Source: Octopus sinensis
Taxonomy: Eukaryota
DNA length: 64,000 bases
Assembly: GCF_006345805.1 (NCBI RefSeq)
Contig: NC_043010.1
Coordinates: 43,896,001 to 43,960,000, forward strand
Reading direction: 5' to 3'
The translations under genes were made by a program, and so were the position numbers. The notes below the pieces were generated by a model. It worked only from the letters and a program-made list of their open reading frames with translations, did no database searches and was not told where the DNA came from. Shown piece by piece: positions 36,760 to 49,467 of the stretch; within the stretch, counting starts at the first letter, position 1; the number at the start of each line of letters is the position of its first letter.

Positions 36760-36944
36760 TTTTGGTTTATGGGATTTTTGTTAGTTGTAAAAGACTGTTT
36801 ATGTTTGCTGTTCAGGGAATTAACTCCCCTTAGTTGTTCTCTGTCTTTCTCATACCACACGTGCTCATTCAAGCTTTGAATGTTACTAAACCATCTTGTT
36901 GACATTACCAACTTAAAAATGGCAAAATAAATTTAATTTTTAGC

Positions 36945-38740
36945 CTAAAAAGAGGCTAAGTACAGAAGTTTATCTTTGGCTATGTATTTCTCCTGCAGCT
37001 GCCTTACCAGAAATATAGCATCAGTGGTGCTTCTCCCTGGCACAAAACCAGACTGCATCTCATCTAGACTAATTTTGCTCCTAATTAGTTGGACTATGAC
37101 TCTCTTTCATCACCTGGCCCAACAATTTGATACCTTTGTAATTCCATCCAAAACCTCACCTTTACTTTTGTAGCAGTTGACTATAGTGCTGCTACACCAG
37201 TCATTGGGTATGACTCCTTTATGAATCACCTGATTTACAATATGAGTGACTAGACCATACCCTACACTATCAGATATTTTAAGCATCTCAATGGTGATTC
37301 CTGAAGGACCAGGAGCTTTCCCTATCTTCATGTACTTAATTGCTTTATCTACCAAGGTACTGTCGATTCATGTAGCTAGTCCCTCAATTGGATCAACATT
37401 TAGTAGGTTTTCCTCCTCCCACTGATTCTCTACATTCAGCAGTCTTTCATAGTGGCATTTCCAAGCCTCTTTCTTTGCAGAATCACAAAATGCAAGTGCA
37501 CCATCATCCATGTGGACACATTTCTTTCCTATGACATCACTTTTTTCTTTCACACTCTTGCAATCTGGAACACTTCAGTTCTTTGGTCCTCACATTGCTG
37601 AACATAGGCAAACTTCTTCTTTTGTGCTCCTCCTTTGGCTAGATATACCTGTCTCCTAGCTTCCCTTCTGGCTATCTCCTAACCCACTCTTTTAGGCCTG
37701 TTTGCTCTAATAGCCTTGTCTACAGCAACATTCCACCGCCACGTTACCCTAGGTCTGGTTAGGACTTTACACCACCCACAAATTTGATCTGTGGCATTCA
37801 GCAAGCTGTTGTGCAGGAATTCCCAGTTGCCCTCTATGTCACAAGCTCTCATCAATTTTCTCAATTAGGATCACCTTAAATCTCTGACCATATGAAGGAT
37901 TTTAAGCTTCCAAATCCAGATTTATCTGCTTCTTGACATTCTTCTGGCCTGGAGTCTAAAATCACTAATGACTAGTCTAAGCTATGGGATACATTCTTCA
38001 TGGGTGGTGGGGTCTTTGTATTTAAGAGCAACCATGCTGCCTGGTGAGAATGTAATCGATCTGGCTAGCGTAACTACCCGATTGGTAGGTTATCACGTGG
38101 CTGGTCGGCTTCTTGAAGTTGGTGTTGCAGATCAATAGGTTAATTGCATCACAGAACTCCAGTAACCTCGTTCCCTCTTCATTTCAGGAACCAATTTCAT
38201 GGTCCCCATGTACAACATGGAAAATACCGGGCTGCCGTCTGACTTGCCCATTGAAATACCCAGCCATGAAGATGAGATCCTTGTCATTCGTCTTTGAGGT
38301 AGCCTGCAGAAGCATATCATAAAAATGATCCTTCTGTTCAATTGGTAGGCCCACTTGTGGGGCATAGGCAGAGATAATTGATGCTATGCTATTCTGCAAG
38401 ACTAGTCTGAGCTTAAGAACTCTATTGCTCACTCTAACTACCTCTATGACTTTATCCACTGCTTTCTCTGCAAGAAGTATGCCCACAGTACCTACCCTGC
38501 CACTGTTACCTTCCCAGAATATTTTATACCTATGTGTCTTGCCTGTGAGGAACCTGGCTGAAGCTCCTCTCCACCTTACCTCTTGGATACAGCATACATC
38601 AACATGCCTCCATTCAAGCATCTCAGCAATCTCACTAGGCCTACCTTTCAATGTGTCTACATTGACAGTGCCAAGCCTGGGAGCTGGGAAAGGGGTGCAG
38701 GAGGGAACATAGGCAGGAGAGATGGTATTGGGCACCTGAA
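36945..38740 (-). mobile_element. RTE LINE 5' half: AP endonuclease (ORF 38184-38735) and start of RT
   Basis: GTVNV.TL...DVCCIQEVRW...VGILL...IISAYAPQ...GYFNG (APE motifs); 36945-37700 closely parallels 4540-5330. Confidence 0.92.
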
Positions 38741-39166
38741 ATGGTTTCAGTGATCATTTGATAACAGACATGTCACAGTAGTTGGTCTCACTTTAACCTA
38801 CCGTCATTCAAACATATTAAAATTGCTGTCCTTATTACTAGTGAGTCGCATTGTAAATATAAGCATTAGTGCTGCAAATATAACTAGGTCAATGCATAAA
38901 TTAATTATATAAATGATCTGCTATGGGTAAGTCCATTACATATAGAGAGAAAGAAGCAGGTGATTTGTTAATTTACAAAGTAACATATGACTTTTGGTGC
39001 ATGCAGTAGTAGTGTGGGTGATTGTTGGTGCTGCAGAGGCAGAGGCAAAAGTATACAAGTCTTCTGATAGAGAAGCAAGGCAGAGCCCTGTAAGGGTTTC
39101 TGATATTGAGAATAGATTTCCAGTATAAGTGGAGGTGGCCAGGATGGGTAGGTGCATCACGTCAAG

Positions 39167-39419
39167 CAATGGCCAGTTTAAAATGAGTACCTACGAATGG
39201 GAGAAACATGGCAACAGCAAGAGACATAAGTAAAACTATAGTGCTTGCGAATTTTAGAGAACAGTGACGAAAACATTAGGAAACAGGGAGAGAAAACTAA
39301 GGTTTTAGGGAATTACAATTAGAAAGTTATTTGAAGAATTCAAATAATTACAGGTTACGAAAGTACATGTTAGTAATATGGGTTAGATGAATGAAGTGCC
39401 TACATATATACATGCATTC

Positions 39420-39459
<40 letters not shown>

Positions 39460-39906
39460 ACCATTGGCAATTTTTTTTTCCTCCATTTTCCCTTCCTTGG
39501 ATCTTTCCTTTTCCTATGTTTCTGATGAAGAGCTCCGCTCGAAACGTTAAGTCCTCCTTCTTTCCTTCCTTTCCTGAGCTTCCAATAACACTATACTTGT
39601 TCCACATCTTTGCGTTGTTGTGTTTTTATGTTTGTATTAACTATCTATATATATATATATATCATGGACAAACAATGGCCAGTTTAAAACAAGAGTGCCT
39701 ATGAATGGGCGAAACATGGCAACAGTGAGAGACATAAGTAAAACAAGATGCTTACGGATTTTATAGAACAGTAATGAAAACATTATGAAACAGGGACAGA
39801 AAATTAAGGTTTAAGGGAATTACAAATATGAAAGTTATTTGAAGTATTGATTTAAATAATTACAAGTTACAAAAGTACATATTAGTAATACGGGTTAGAT
39901 GAATGA
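39167..39906 (+). repeat. Diverged ~230-bp direct repeats (39167-39395, 39673-39906) flanking a hammerhead-bearing insert
   Basis: Both begin CAATGGCCAGTTTAAAA and end GGGTTAGATGAATGAA, with scattered substitutions and indels. Confidence 0.85.
39518..39552 (+). ncRNA. Minimal hammerhead ribozyme-like motif (Penelope type) in the last CPEB intron
   Basis: GTTT-CTGATGA-A-GAGC TCC GCTC-GAAA-CGT-T-AAGT: intact CUGAUGA/GAAA core, 4-bp stem II, palindromic ACGU stem III, weak stem I (2 WC + 2 GU). Confidence 0.55.
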
Positions 39907-40580
39907 ATGAAACAATTAAAAACGAGAGAAATTCTGAGCTGTGCATATCACAAATGTCAACAATAGTAAAGCGAATGGCATGAATGTGAGAAACCCTACA
40001 ACCAGAAGTGGTCAAATGAAATGGACGATTTTGCCATAGCAAATAGAAATAGCAGCTAGTAACCATAGTGAAGTGGGAGCAATATATATATATACATATG
40101 TAACATACAATGCCTGTATTCATCAAATGATATTTATCTCCCACTGGATTGAGTAATTTTTTTGTAAGTCTTATCAACAAGTAAACAGTACAATTTGTAT
40201 TTGTGTGTGTGTGTATACACATGTCTCCTTGTCTTGACATCTTGTGATAGTTGTAAACAAATGACATCATTATACAAATGGTGTTGTTCATTTGCAATCA
40301 TCTGTGAAATCATGTGCTGTTATTGTCATGTTCAACAGACCAAGGGAAATATTATTTTGCTTGGAAACAGATTGAGGTGGGCAACAAGAAGACCATCCCT
40401 CAAATATAACAGTATCTGTTTCAACACACAATTTCACATAAGGAATCTTGCAAAACAAATACATAACAGATAGAATGTTTAACATTACATTTTTTTCTAA
40501 ATAACCATTCCTTTTATTATATTTCTGCTGCCATGTTACATTTTTCACCAATGTCTATTTTCAATTATATTGTGTTGTAG

Positions 40581-40808
40581 GTCGAGGTGAAGCCTTACGT
40601 CTTAGATGACCAAATGTGTGATGAGTGTCAAGGAGCTCGCTGTGGGGGAAAATTTGCCCCCTTCTTCTGTGCCAATGTGACTTGTCTGCAGTACTATTGT
40701 GAGAATTGTTGGGCCACCATTCACACACGGCCTGGCCGAGAGTTTCACAAGCCACTTGTCAAAGAAGGGGCTGACCGACCACGGGCTGTCCCTTTCCGAT
40801 GGTGCTAG
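40581..40808 (+). CDS. orb2: CPEB last coding exon (228 nt incl. TAG): VEVKPYVLDDQMCDECQGARCGGK...HKPLVKEGADRPRAVPFRWC* (ZZ zinc finger)
   Basis: ttgtAG acceptor at 40579-80; C/H zinc ligands present; stop TAG ends at 40808. Confidence 0.98.
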   Translation, partial: VEVKPYVLDDQMCDECQGARCGGKFAPFFCANVTCLQYYCENCWATIHTRPGREFHKPLVKEGADRPRAVPFRWC

Positions 40809-43800
40809 TTCGGACATGCCAACACATAAAAATACCAGTCCATGTTGGCTGTATTTGAAAGAAGTAGAATTGAGTTCTAGATGGATGAACACAAATGTTT
40901 TAGAAGAAGAAGAAGAAGAAGAAAAAGGAAGCAAAAGAAAAATGAAAAAAGCCTGGAATGATAGCTCGGCGTCTAGATGCATTGCCAGACAGATCAATGT
41001 ATTTGGCTAACTTTCCATTGTTAACCCTATCTGGTTATCATCTGAACACTAGCTATCAGAGAACAAATTAATCTGGCAACATCTTTGCTTGCTTGTTTTC
41101 ATTCATTGCGATCTTATATTACTACTAGGAGGCATTGAATTTGTTTTTCTAATGAGAAACCTTTTTCCTTTTTGTATTCTTTGGAAATTTTTAAATTATA
41201 TTTTAGGTATTATTTTTTTAAAGTGTTTTTACTTTTCATTATAAATATATAGGTATATGTGTGGAGTTTAACACACACACACACATACATAAGCATAAAT
41301 ATATAAATATATATATGTATATATATATTTATGTATGTACATGTATGTATATATATTTGTGTATGTGTGTGTGTGTGTGTATATATATATTATATATGTG
41401 TATATATATATATATATATGTGGTTGTTATTTATTTTTGTTTTATATGTATAAGCAAATTCATTGCAAAAAAAAAACAAAAAACTTGTAACTCATGGAAA
41501 GATACAAGAACTTGAATTCCTCTCTATTTGAAATAGAATGCAAGTATTGCTTGGTTGCTCATAGATCTAGAAACAGCAATCTACAACTCGTATGTCTATT
41601 CCATATTGTTTTATGAAATTAATAATATATTAAATGAGATAAGAGGTTGCTGGCCAACCAACCAAAGCTATGGTAGTTGTTTTGCTTTGCTTATTTGCTG
41701 GCACAGTAAATGTGACTTGGTAAAACAATTCAAGTGTTCTATAACCAATTTTGGCACTTCATTTAGAAGAAAACTATTGCAGCAGTCTTTAAAGTCTGCT
41801 ACATATAAAACAATTCCTCCCAAGGTTTTTTTTCTTTTTTTTTCCCCCATCTTTTGGGTTGGCTTTTTTTTTTTAAATATTTGTGGTCAGGCCAATATTT
41901 TGATAACTCTATATTTGATCAACCTTAAAAATTTGGTCTCTTAATTGTGAAGACAAATGGGTTATATTATAATTGGCCTCTTTTCCTGCTCACTCAGTCA
42001 CACTCATCCTTTCTTCAAAGTTTTTTTAAAAGTATTATATTTTATTTTTTTATGCATTTTTCTTTTTGTAATATTTTTATTTTGCTTAGAGTATATGCAT
42101 AGATGTGTGCACAAGCATATTTGCATTTCTCTAGGTACTTGCCAGTTCCTCTCACATACTGCCATTTGTTGAAACTAATATTACTACTATCAACTATACC
42201 ACCATTAACAATAATAATGATAATAATAATAATAATGATAACGATGATAATTCTGTAAAATGAATTACATTTACCACAATATATTCCAAGTATGTCCAGT
42301 AATGCAACAATTGGCTTAACAAATGAAGTGAACAAAATATAAAATAAACTGAAACCAATAACAAAGATAGAAACTTGCTCTTCTCTCTAAGAACACAAAT
42401 TTGAATGGAAAAGTTAAAATCCCAAACCTAAAACATGTTCAATGTCTAGGATTTGGGAGATGAGGGATGTGTCATTATGAACCAAAGCTATGTTATATAT
42501 TTTAAATGAAAAATATTCAGAAAATGTGTTAAAGACTTCAACTATATTATTACTACTATTACTGCCAACAAAAACAACTATATCAACAGCAACAACTTAA
42601 TTATTGAACCAGTAGATATAATGATATTTTATAGACTGTTGATACATTCTATATTGCCAGAAATGAAATGACTGAGCAGAAAAGGTATTGGACTAACAGA
42701 CTTATTTATTGTGAGTTCCGAACTTGCTGCAATGCCTTGTGCTTTTAGCTATGGAGCTTAACTTGGACTTAGTTCACATAGATAAACAGGTCTGGGGACA
42801 TTGTTTAGTCTTTATATCAACTCAGAGAACTACTTCACTGAATCTTTCCCAAGAAAATGTTGCATTTGAAGCATCTTTATTGGCAGTGTTACCAGTTCTT
42901 TGCAACTCAGTGACCAATACTACCATTCTTTGTGTTTTGATACCTCTAGATTCTGTGAACAGTAGAAGCTGTTGTCTTTGGTAGATTATGCAATGTTGGA
43001 GTAAAGATGTTTTGTAACTGTTTATCAAAGTGAGATGGGGTTTACTAATAATAAGCATATAACATTTTTCTTGACTGACTTTCAACTTATGAACTTCAAA
43101 ATGGAGGTAGCTACAACTTTGATCAGTTTGTTTGGTTTCACCTCTGGATATTGGAAGTATCAGGAGAAGAAATTATACTCCCCTTGATGCAACTAGTTTG
43201 GTTTTAGACTTTAGTTGGCTTGATCTCTAACCCATGGAGACCATTATTTAGGCAGTCTTACTTCTGACTAATCTAATAAATTTTATTGGATTCATGGAGT
43301 AAGGTTTGTTAGAAAAGCTCATTTCTAGTAAATCTACTCTTGAACCACATCATGCCATGCCATTCCTTTCACTTAGATTATATGTGGATGGTGTGCACAC
43401 ACATACAGGTGTACAGGCATTCCTTATGTTACAAAAGCATTGCATTTGTGAAACCTGTTTCCCGTTGACTTCCATGTCACATGGAAGTTGTGGGAAAATA
43501 TGTTTCATGATACAAAATTTCACATTTATGGCAAAATTTGGGGGAATATAATGCTTCCATAACATAAGAAATGCTTATACATACATTTGCATAGTAGCAT
43601 GCAAGATTTGTTGATTGTAATATTTGAATATGTTTATATATTTGTAAGTGTGAAACACACACATGCATGTGTGTGTTTATGTAATGGCATGGTTACATAA
43701 TTCTGGGTGACAGTGACTATTTTGCAACGTTGATGGATGGCTTACTTATATGGCATTACATGTGTCCATAATTTCTGTCTGTTATTCTGCAGGCATTACC

Positions 43801-44400
43801 TATTCATAGCTTTATTGAAACTGCACAAGTTCAACTTCCACTCCCAATAGCAACAAAAAAATATATGTATTATCAAGTTGCCCATGGCTACCAAAATTAA
43901 CTAGCTAGTGTTTTTTTTCTTCTGTTTCTTATTAAAAAAAACACAAGCAGATTTTATATTTCAGTGGAATAGCATACACCATTTGTCAACCTAGGTGTTG
44001 TTGATTGTATCTATGAGCTGTTAAAATGGTATGTATGTGTATAAAGTGTGTCTGTGTTTGTATATGTTCATCTGTAAATGCATCTATGTATATACATGCA
44101 TTTGTGCAACATATTAACACATTCACATTGATAAATTATATGCTTCTATTTCCTCACATACAAACAAGCATATACATACCTTCTTGATTACTGATGTGTG
44201 TATGTCTTGTTAAACAGAAAGTTGAAGACTTTTTTATGTATGTATTATTATTATTGATAATGTTTTTTAAAATTTTTATTTATATTTTTGGCTTGATCTT
44301 GTTATGCTAAATGTTCTATTTTTATTGTATTTTTTATTTGTTTTATTTTTTAAATAAACAAACCGAGAACCATTTTCACTGAAGATTGGAAGATATGTAA
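40809..44400 (+). promoter_or_regulatory. CPEB 3' UTR (minimum estimate; may extend to ~54 kb) with AATAAA at 42343 and 44353 and clustered TTTTAT (CPE-like) motifs
   Basis: Directly follows the stop codon. Five TTTTAT in 44232-44346, just upstream of AATAAA 44353-58. The true end cannot be fixed from DNA alone. Confidence 0.5.
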
Positions 44401-44975
44401 AAAAAAAAAAAAAAACACTAATAATCCTTATAAAGAACAAGACAAGATAGTTTTCATTTTGTTTTGTTTCTTAAAATATTTTTTTGAAGACAGAAGAGAA
44501 AAGAAAAACATTTTGTAATGAAAAAAAGACAAAAAAGTTTTATTTATTTTTTTTAAGGTGAAAAATGTTCTCTTTTTTTCCCCTCTCCAATTTGTAAATC
44601 TTTTACCTGTTTCTTCTCTTCCTATAACCTTTCTTGTCACTTACAGAATTAATACAAAAAAGAATTTAAATCTATTTATTCCACTTTTTTATATTTTATA
44701 TTTCTCTAAGCGTGTTCTCCTTTTGATCTCTCTGCTTCTTCTCCAATTACTCTCCCCAATCTTTATTAGCCAGGTTATTAACATCACTTTGCTTGTCCTT
44801 CAATTGGAACACTTATTTATATTTTTTTTTAATAATTTGAGAATAATTCTTACCTTTATACCTCCATTCCCTTTCTCTCTGCTCTCCACTCAGTTTCTGT
44901 TCTTTTTATGTCAAATATCCTCTGTTAGCAGTGTACATTGAAGTCCTTTAAAGCAGAAAGGACGTTAATGAGACC

Positions 44976-45071
<96 letters not shown>

Positions 45072-45456
45072 CACACATACACACACACACGCACGCACAC
45101 ACACATACACACACACACTACTTCTTTTTCATAGCAGAAGTGATAGAGCACCTGACAAAATGCCTTGAAGTATCCTGTTTATCTTCTTAATTCAAATTTT
45201 TCTGGAGTTGATGAAAATAATTAACATTTAAGTAAATATAAACAACACTCTTGCCCAAAATCTGTGACTTTGTGCTAATGTTAGAGACTTTCATCAAATT
45301 TGTTTCTCTTTTATTATCTAGGAAATTTTTTCATGATGTCACCAGAAGGGAGAAAGCTTTGTTTATCTTCCTCTGTCTTCCATTTATTAATTTTTTTTTT
45401 TTCCCCTTTTTGCTTCAAGGCTAGTTTTCTTATTCACCGTCTCTCTCTCTCTCTCT

Positions 45457-45515
<59 letters not shown>

Positions 45516-45997
45516 GAACTCTCCACTTTTTGTTTCTCATCTTCAATTTGATTGATCTCACTGACTTGTGTTGATAAAATAATTCTATCTGTTGCTGTAT
45601 GTAACAGTAACCAACACTTCAAGCTGGTGAAGCTTGGGGATGTGAAGCATAACTTGACTGGATACGAGGTTTGCAAGAGATATATTTCATGGAGAACACC
45701 AAGAAAGAATTATTAACAAAGGTTTTTTTTTATTAGTGAATGCAAAGTAAATCTTTGAGAGCAACAACAACAACAGCAGAACTAGCAGCTAAATGTCTAT
45801 TGTATAATGTTTAGGCTATTTGGAAAATATTTTTTTCCTAAAGACTTTTTTTAATATGGATTTATATAGATATTCAAATTTTTTAACTTCACATGCACAT
45901 AAAAACCCCTTTCTCAAATATAAATGCACAATATTCATCAGCGCTTATTGCAAAAATTCTCCTTCATATATCTACATTGTCATACATATACCTGCGT

Positions 45998-46047
<50 letters not shown>

Positions 46048-49000
46048 ACACAAAAACAAGTGTGTATGTAATGTTTATTATATACATGTTTATGTTTCTA
46101 TTATACATGCATATATATCTGTATGTGTGTATATATATATGCCTACGTATGTATATGATTTTATATTTGTGTTTGTGTGTATATACATATGCATATAGGT
46201 ATATATATGTATGTGTGTGTGTGTGTGTATACACACACCCACCCTTGAATGTGTATATGCATATGTATGTGTGTATATATATTCATATACTTACACACAT
46301 ATATGCATATATTTGTACATACATGCACAAATACACTCACACACATGCATACACAAACAGGGTGATTTAGAACTTCCTTTAGCATCTAAGTGATATCTAA
46401 AAATTTTATTTTTTATTTTGTTACAATTTTGTTTTGTATATATTTTTAATACACTCTTTCCTATTTTTGTTGTGAATATCTTTTGATAAATATATATATT
46501 GTTTTGTATATTTTAGTAGAATATCATTATATAACAATAAGAGAATATTCCTTGTCTTGAAACTGTCACAATAATGGTAATCCTGTTCATTTGTCTGGGC
46601 ATACCTAGTACATTTGCCCGGGGTGCTCCAGGCAGCTAGCAGTATGAATGGCAGGGCAGTAGACAAGCTATCCTGGAATCCCTGAGCTGTGACAGTCAAA
46701 GTAGGACTGGGATCTGGAGGCATTTAATGAATGTAATGGGAAAGTTGGTGAAGGCTGTGGTGAAGAGATCGGAGTTGCGAGGGAGTAATACTGAATGAGA
46801 GATATAATGTCTTAGAAGCGCAAATGACCTCAGTTGTTAGCCAGTTTATATTAATGCTAAAGAGTTATTAATCACCATGTGTATGTATTTGTGCTTGTAT
46901 ATTTGCATGTGTAGGCATGTATGTGTGTGTATATATATGCTTATATGTGTGTGTGTGTGTGTATGATTGTGTATACACACACACACAAACATATATATAT
47001 ATATATATACATACATATATATATAATATTTGTGTGTGTTGTGTATGCACATATCTCTACCTAACCTAATCTGTGTTTGGCACATAGCCTTAATATTACT
47101 GTTTTGCTGGTTGTATGTTTGTTGCTTGTCTGTCTGGGGGTGGGATGTCATTTTGTTTGATTAAAAAATTTTTGTGTATTTTTTTTAATATCTTATTATT
47201 TTGCCTTGGAAATTTTATTTATTTTTGTAATCTCCATAACAATAATGAAGGAGTGGACCTTCAAAGAATGGGTTGAGATGATCTAATTAAGTGTGCAATA
47301 TGTATTAAAACATTTGCACCAGATATGTAATTGAAGAGGGCAGGTTAAGCAAAGGTTGATATCCAATACTCTGAAACTACTTAAACCATTAATGTTTATC
47401 TGCCCTCTTCTTTCTCCTTCTTAAATAATTTGCTACATTGCTTATAATCTAGTCAAAAAAAAAAGGAAAGCATGTGTGTGTGTGTGTGTGTATTTATATA
47501 TATATATATACACACACACACATACACGCACAAACACACATGCATACACATACACACAAACACATAGTTTGGTTTTGTAATTGATTTTTTTATTGAGTTG
47601 TTTTAGTGATTGTGAGGAGGAACTGCTGTAATATTTCTGAAAAAAAAAAAAAAATCAGGTGTTGGTATATTGGAAAAGAAAAAGCAAGAAATTGTTGTTT
47701 TTATCAAGATTATGTATCACTAATTTCTTGACAGTGAGGCTACTTTCTTTTTTAATTAGTGTTAATCAACCACTCACCTTTTAAATTTTTCCTTTTTATT
47801 TTCTTACCTAATCCTACTTTTTTGCTAATTACCATGATGTTATTTATGAAAGGCTGTGGACCTAATACACAGCCAGATAATCATACTAAAAGTTTAAACT
47901 TAGATTTTTTTTTCTATAAAGCAACTTATATATTGTGTGTGCATGTGTGAGTGCATTTGTGTATATGTATGTTTATATGTGTCTGTATCCAAGTACACCT
48001 GTTTATATGAAAATATATAACATTTTCTTTGTACTCTCAGGTGACGTAGTTCGATACAGGCATTAAAATATTTAACAAACTCTGGATACATTTCCTCTGG
48101 GGTACCACTCTTTCTTCTTTTTAAATGTTTATAGATAGTGGATTTCAGTAAATGAAAAGGTAAAGTTTTGTTTATTAGTAACTGATGTATTGATACTTCA
48201 TAATGTTCTTGAATATTTTATTAATTTGTGGTTTCTGCAATTGTCTTGTTCTAAGTGGCTATTTATTCATTTTTTTTTTTCTTCTGTGGACTGCAGCTAG
48301 AATTATCAGAAGTAGTGTATGCAATGATAAGTAGTAACATTTTAGTCTCGCACAATATCCTGGCTAACCTAATTCTTAATTTTTTTTTTTTAAGTATCAG
48401 CTTAAGCTGACATGCTTCAAAGTTCTAAAATCCTTAATATCAAATTGGCACTGTCACTAGTACTTTGTACGAGTTGCCAGAACAGATAAATACATTGTTG
48501 ATATCTTAAATAGACTCAGCAACAAAATCAATGTTGTTGTGATATTAGACTATGCTGGGTTATTCTTTGTCAAGCTTTTTGTCATCAATTATTAATTACA
48601 TAGCTTTTTTACCTGTCTGTTAGGTTCATTCTACAAATTATAGATTTAAGAATAGCTTATTGTTTTCATATTCTTTCCTCTACTGCTGGAAGTTGTGGAC
48701 AAGCCCCTTCTGTCGCATAAGTATATTGGTGGTGGTGTTGTTGTTGCTGTTGTTGTTTTGTTGTTGTTGATAACCTTATAGATAATCTATTTTTTTATGG
48801 AATAATTTGATTTTTGTTATTTATATGACACACTTTCCTTTCCTTATTTAAACCTCCAAATGGTCCTGAGAGGATTATAGTTTTTTTGCTGGGGAATTTT
48901 TATTTTAAATTTTAACTTTCTGCAATTTCTTGCTTTCCCTAATTTAAGTTTCATCCTGTGATGTGACACAGGCCAGGCATGTACCATACATTTTTGGTAT

Positions 49001-49413
49001 ACAAGCAGACACTTAACATTTTGTATATCTTGAGAAAAAAGCAATTTATATTTCATAGTCCACAAAGCTGAGAATGGAAATTTTTGCCAGGTTTTTATAT
49101 CTTATATTTTCTTTGCTTTGAAATATTAATTGATGTTAACTGATAAAGCAAAATTTAATCCCAATTCTCTGTGAAACTTAAGCTCTGTGTATGGTCATTA
49201 GTTTTATTTAGATAAATGCAAAATAATAATTATTTTGATAAACATAAAATAATAAAAGTTGATTAATATCCTACATTTCATTGTTGCCGGACAAAACATG
49301 TTTAATTTTAAATTAATTTGACTTACAGGAAAATAGATATTATCAGGCCCTCTGGAAAAATTACCTCTGATGGACTAGCACTCTATCCTGATAAAACATT
49401 TTTCTTACCTACT

Positions 49414-49467
49414 TCATAGCTAATACAAATTTTATAGCTAATACAAATTTCATAGCTAATACAAATT
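49414..49467. repeat. 18-bp tandem repeat x3 (yATAGCTAATACAAATTt)
   Basis: ATAGCTAATACAAATT at 49416, 49434 and 49452. Confidence 0.9.

Larger units (their letters stand above)
8253..40808 (+). other. orb2: CPEB2/3/4-subfamily (orb2-like) gene, 3' portion: span of the coding exons found in the window
   Basis: Manual exon assembly: all junctions GT-AG with matching phases (0,1,1,1,0,1,0), giving a continuous ORF with RRM1 (SRKVFVGGLPPDI), RRM2 (KTIFVGGVPRPL) and ZZ-type zinc finger (CDECQGARCGGKFAPFFCANVTCLQYYCENCWATIH). Near-identical to the vertebrate CPEB2-4/Orb2 RNA-binding region as recalled. No upstream N-terminal exon found in the window. Confidence 0.97.

Noticed and set aside
40797-40808. 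C-terminal Cys (FRWC*) as a prenylation signal
   Set aside because: Cys is the last residue, so it is not a CaaX, CC or CXC motif.
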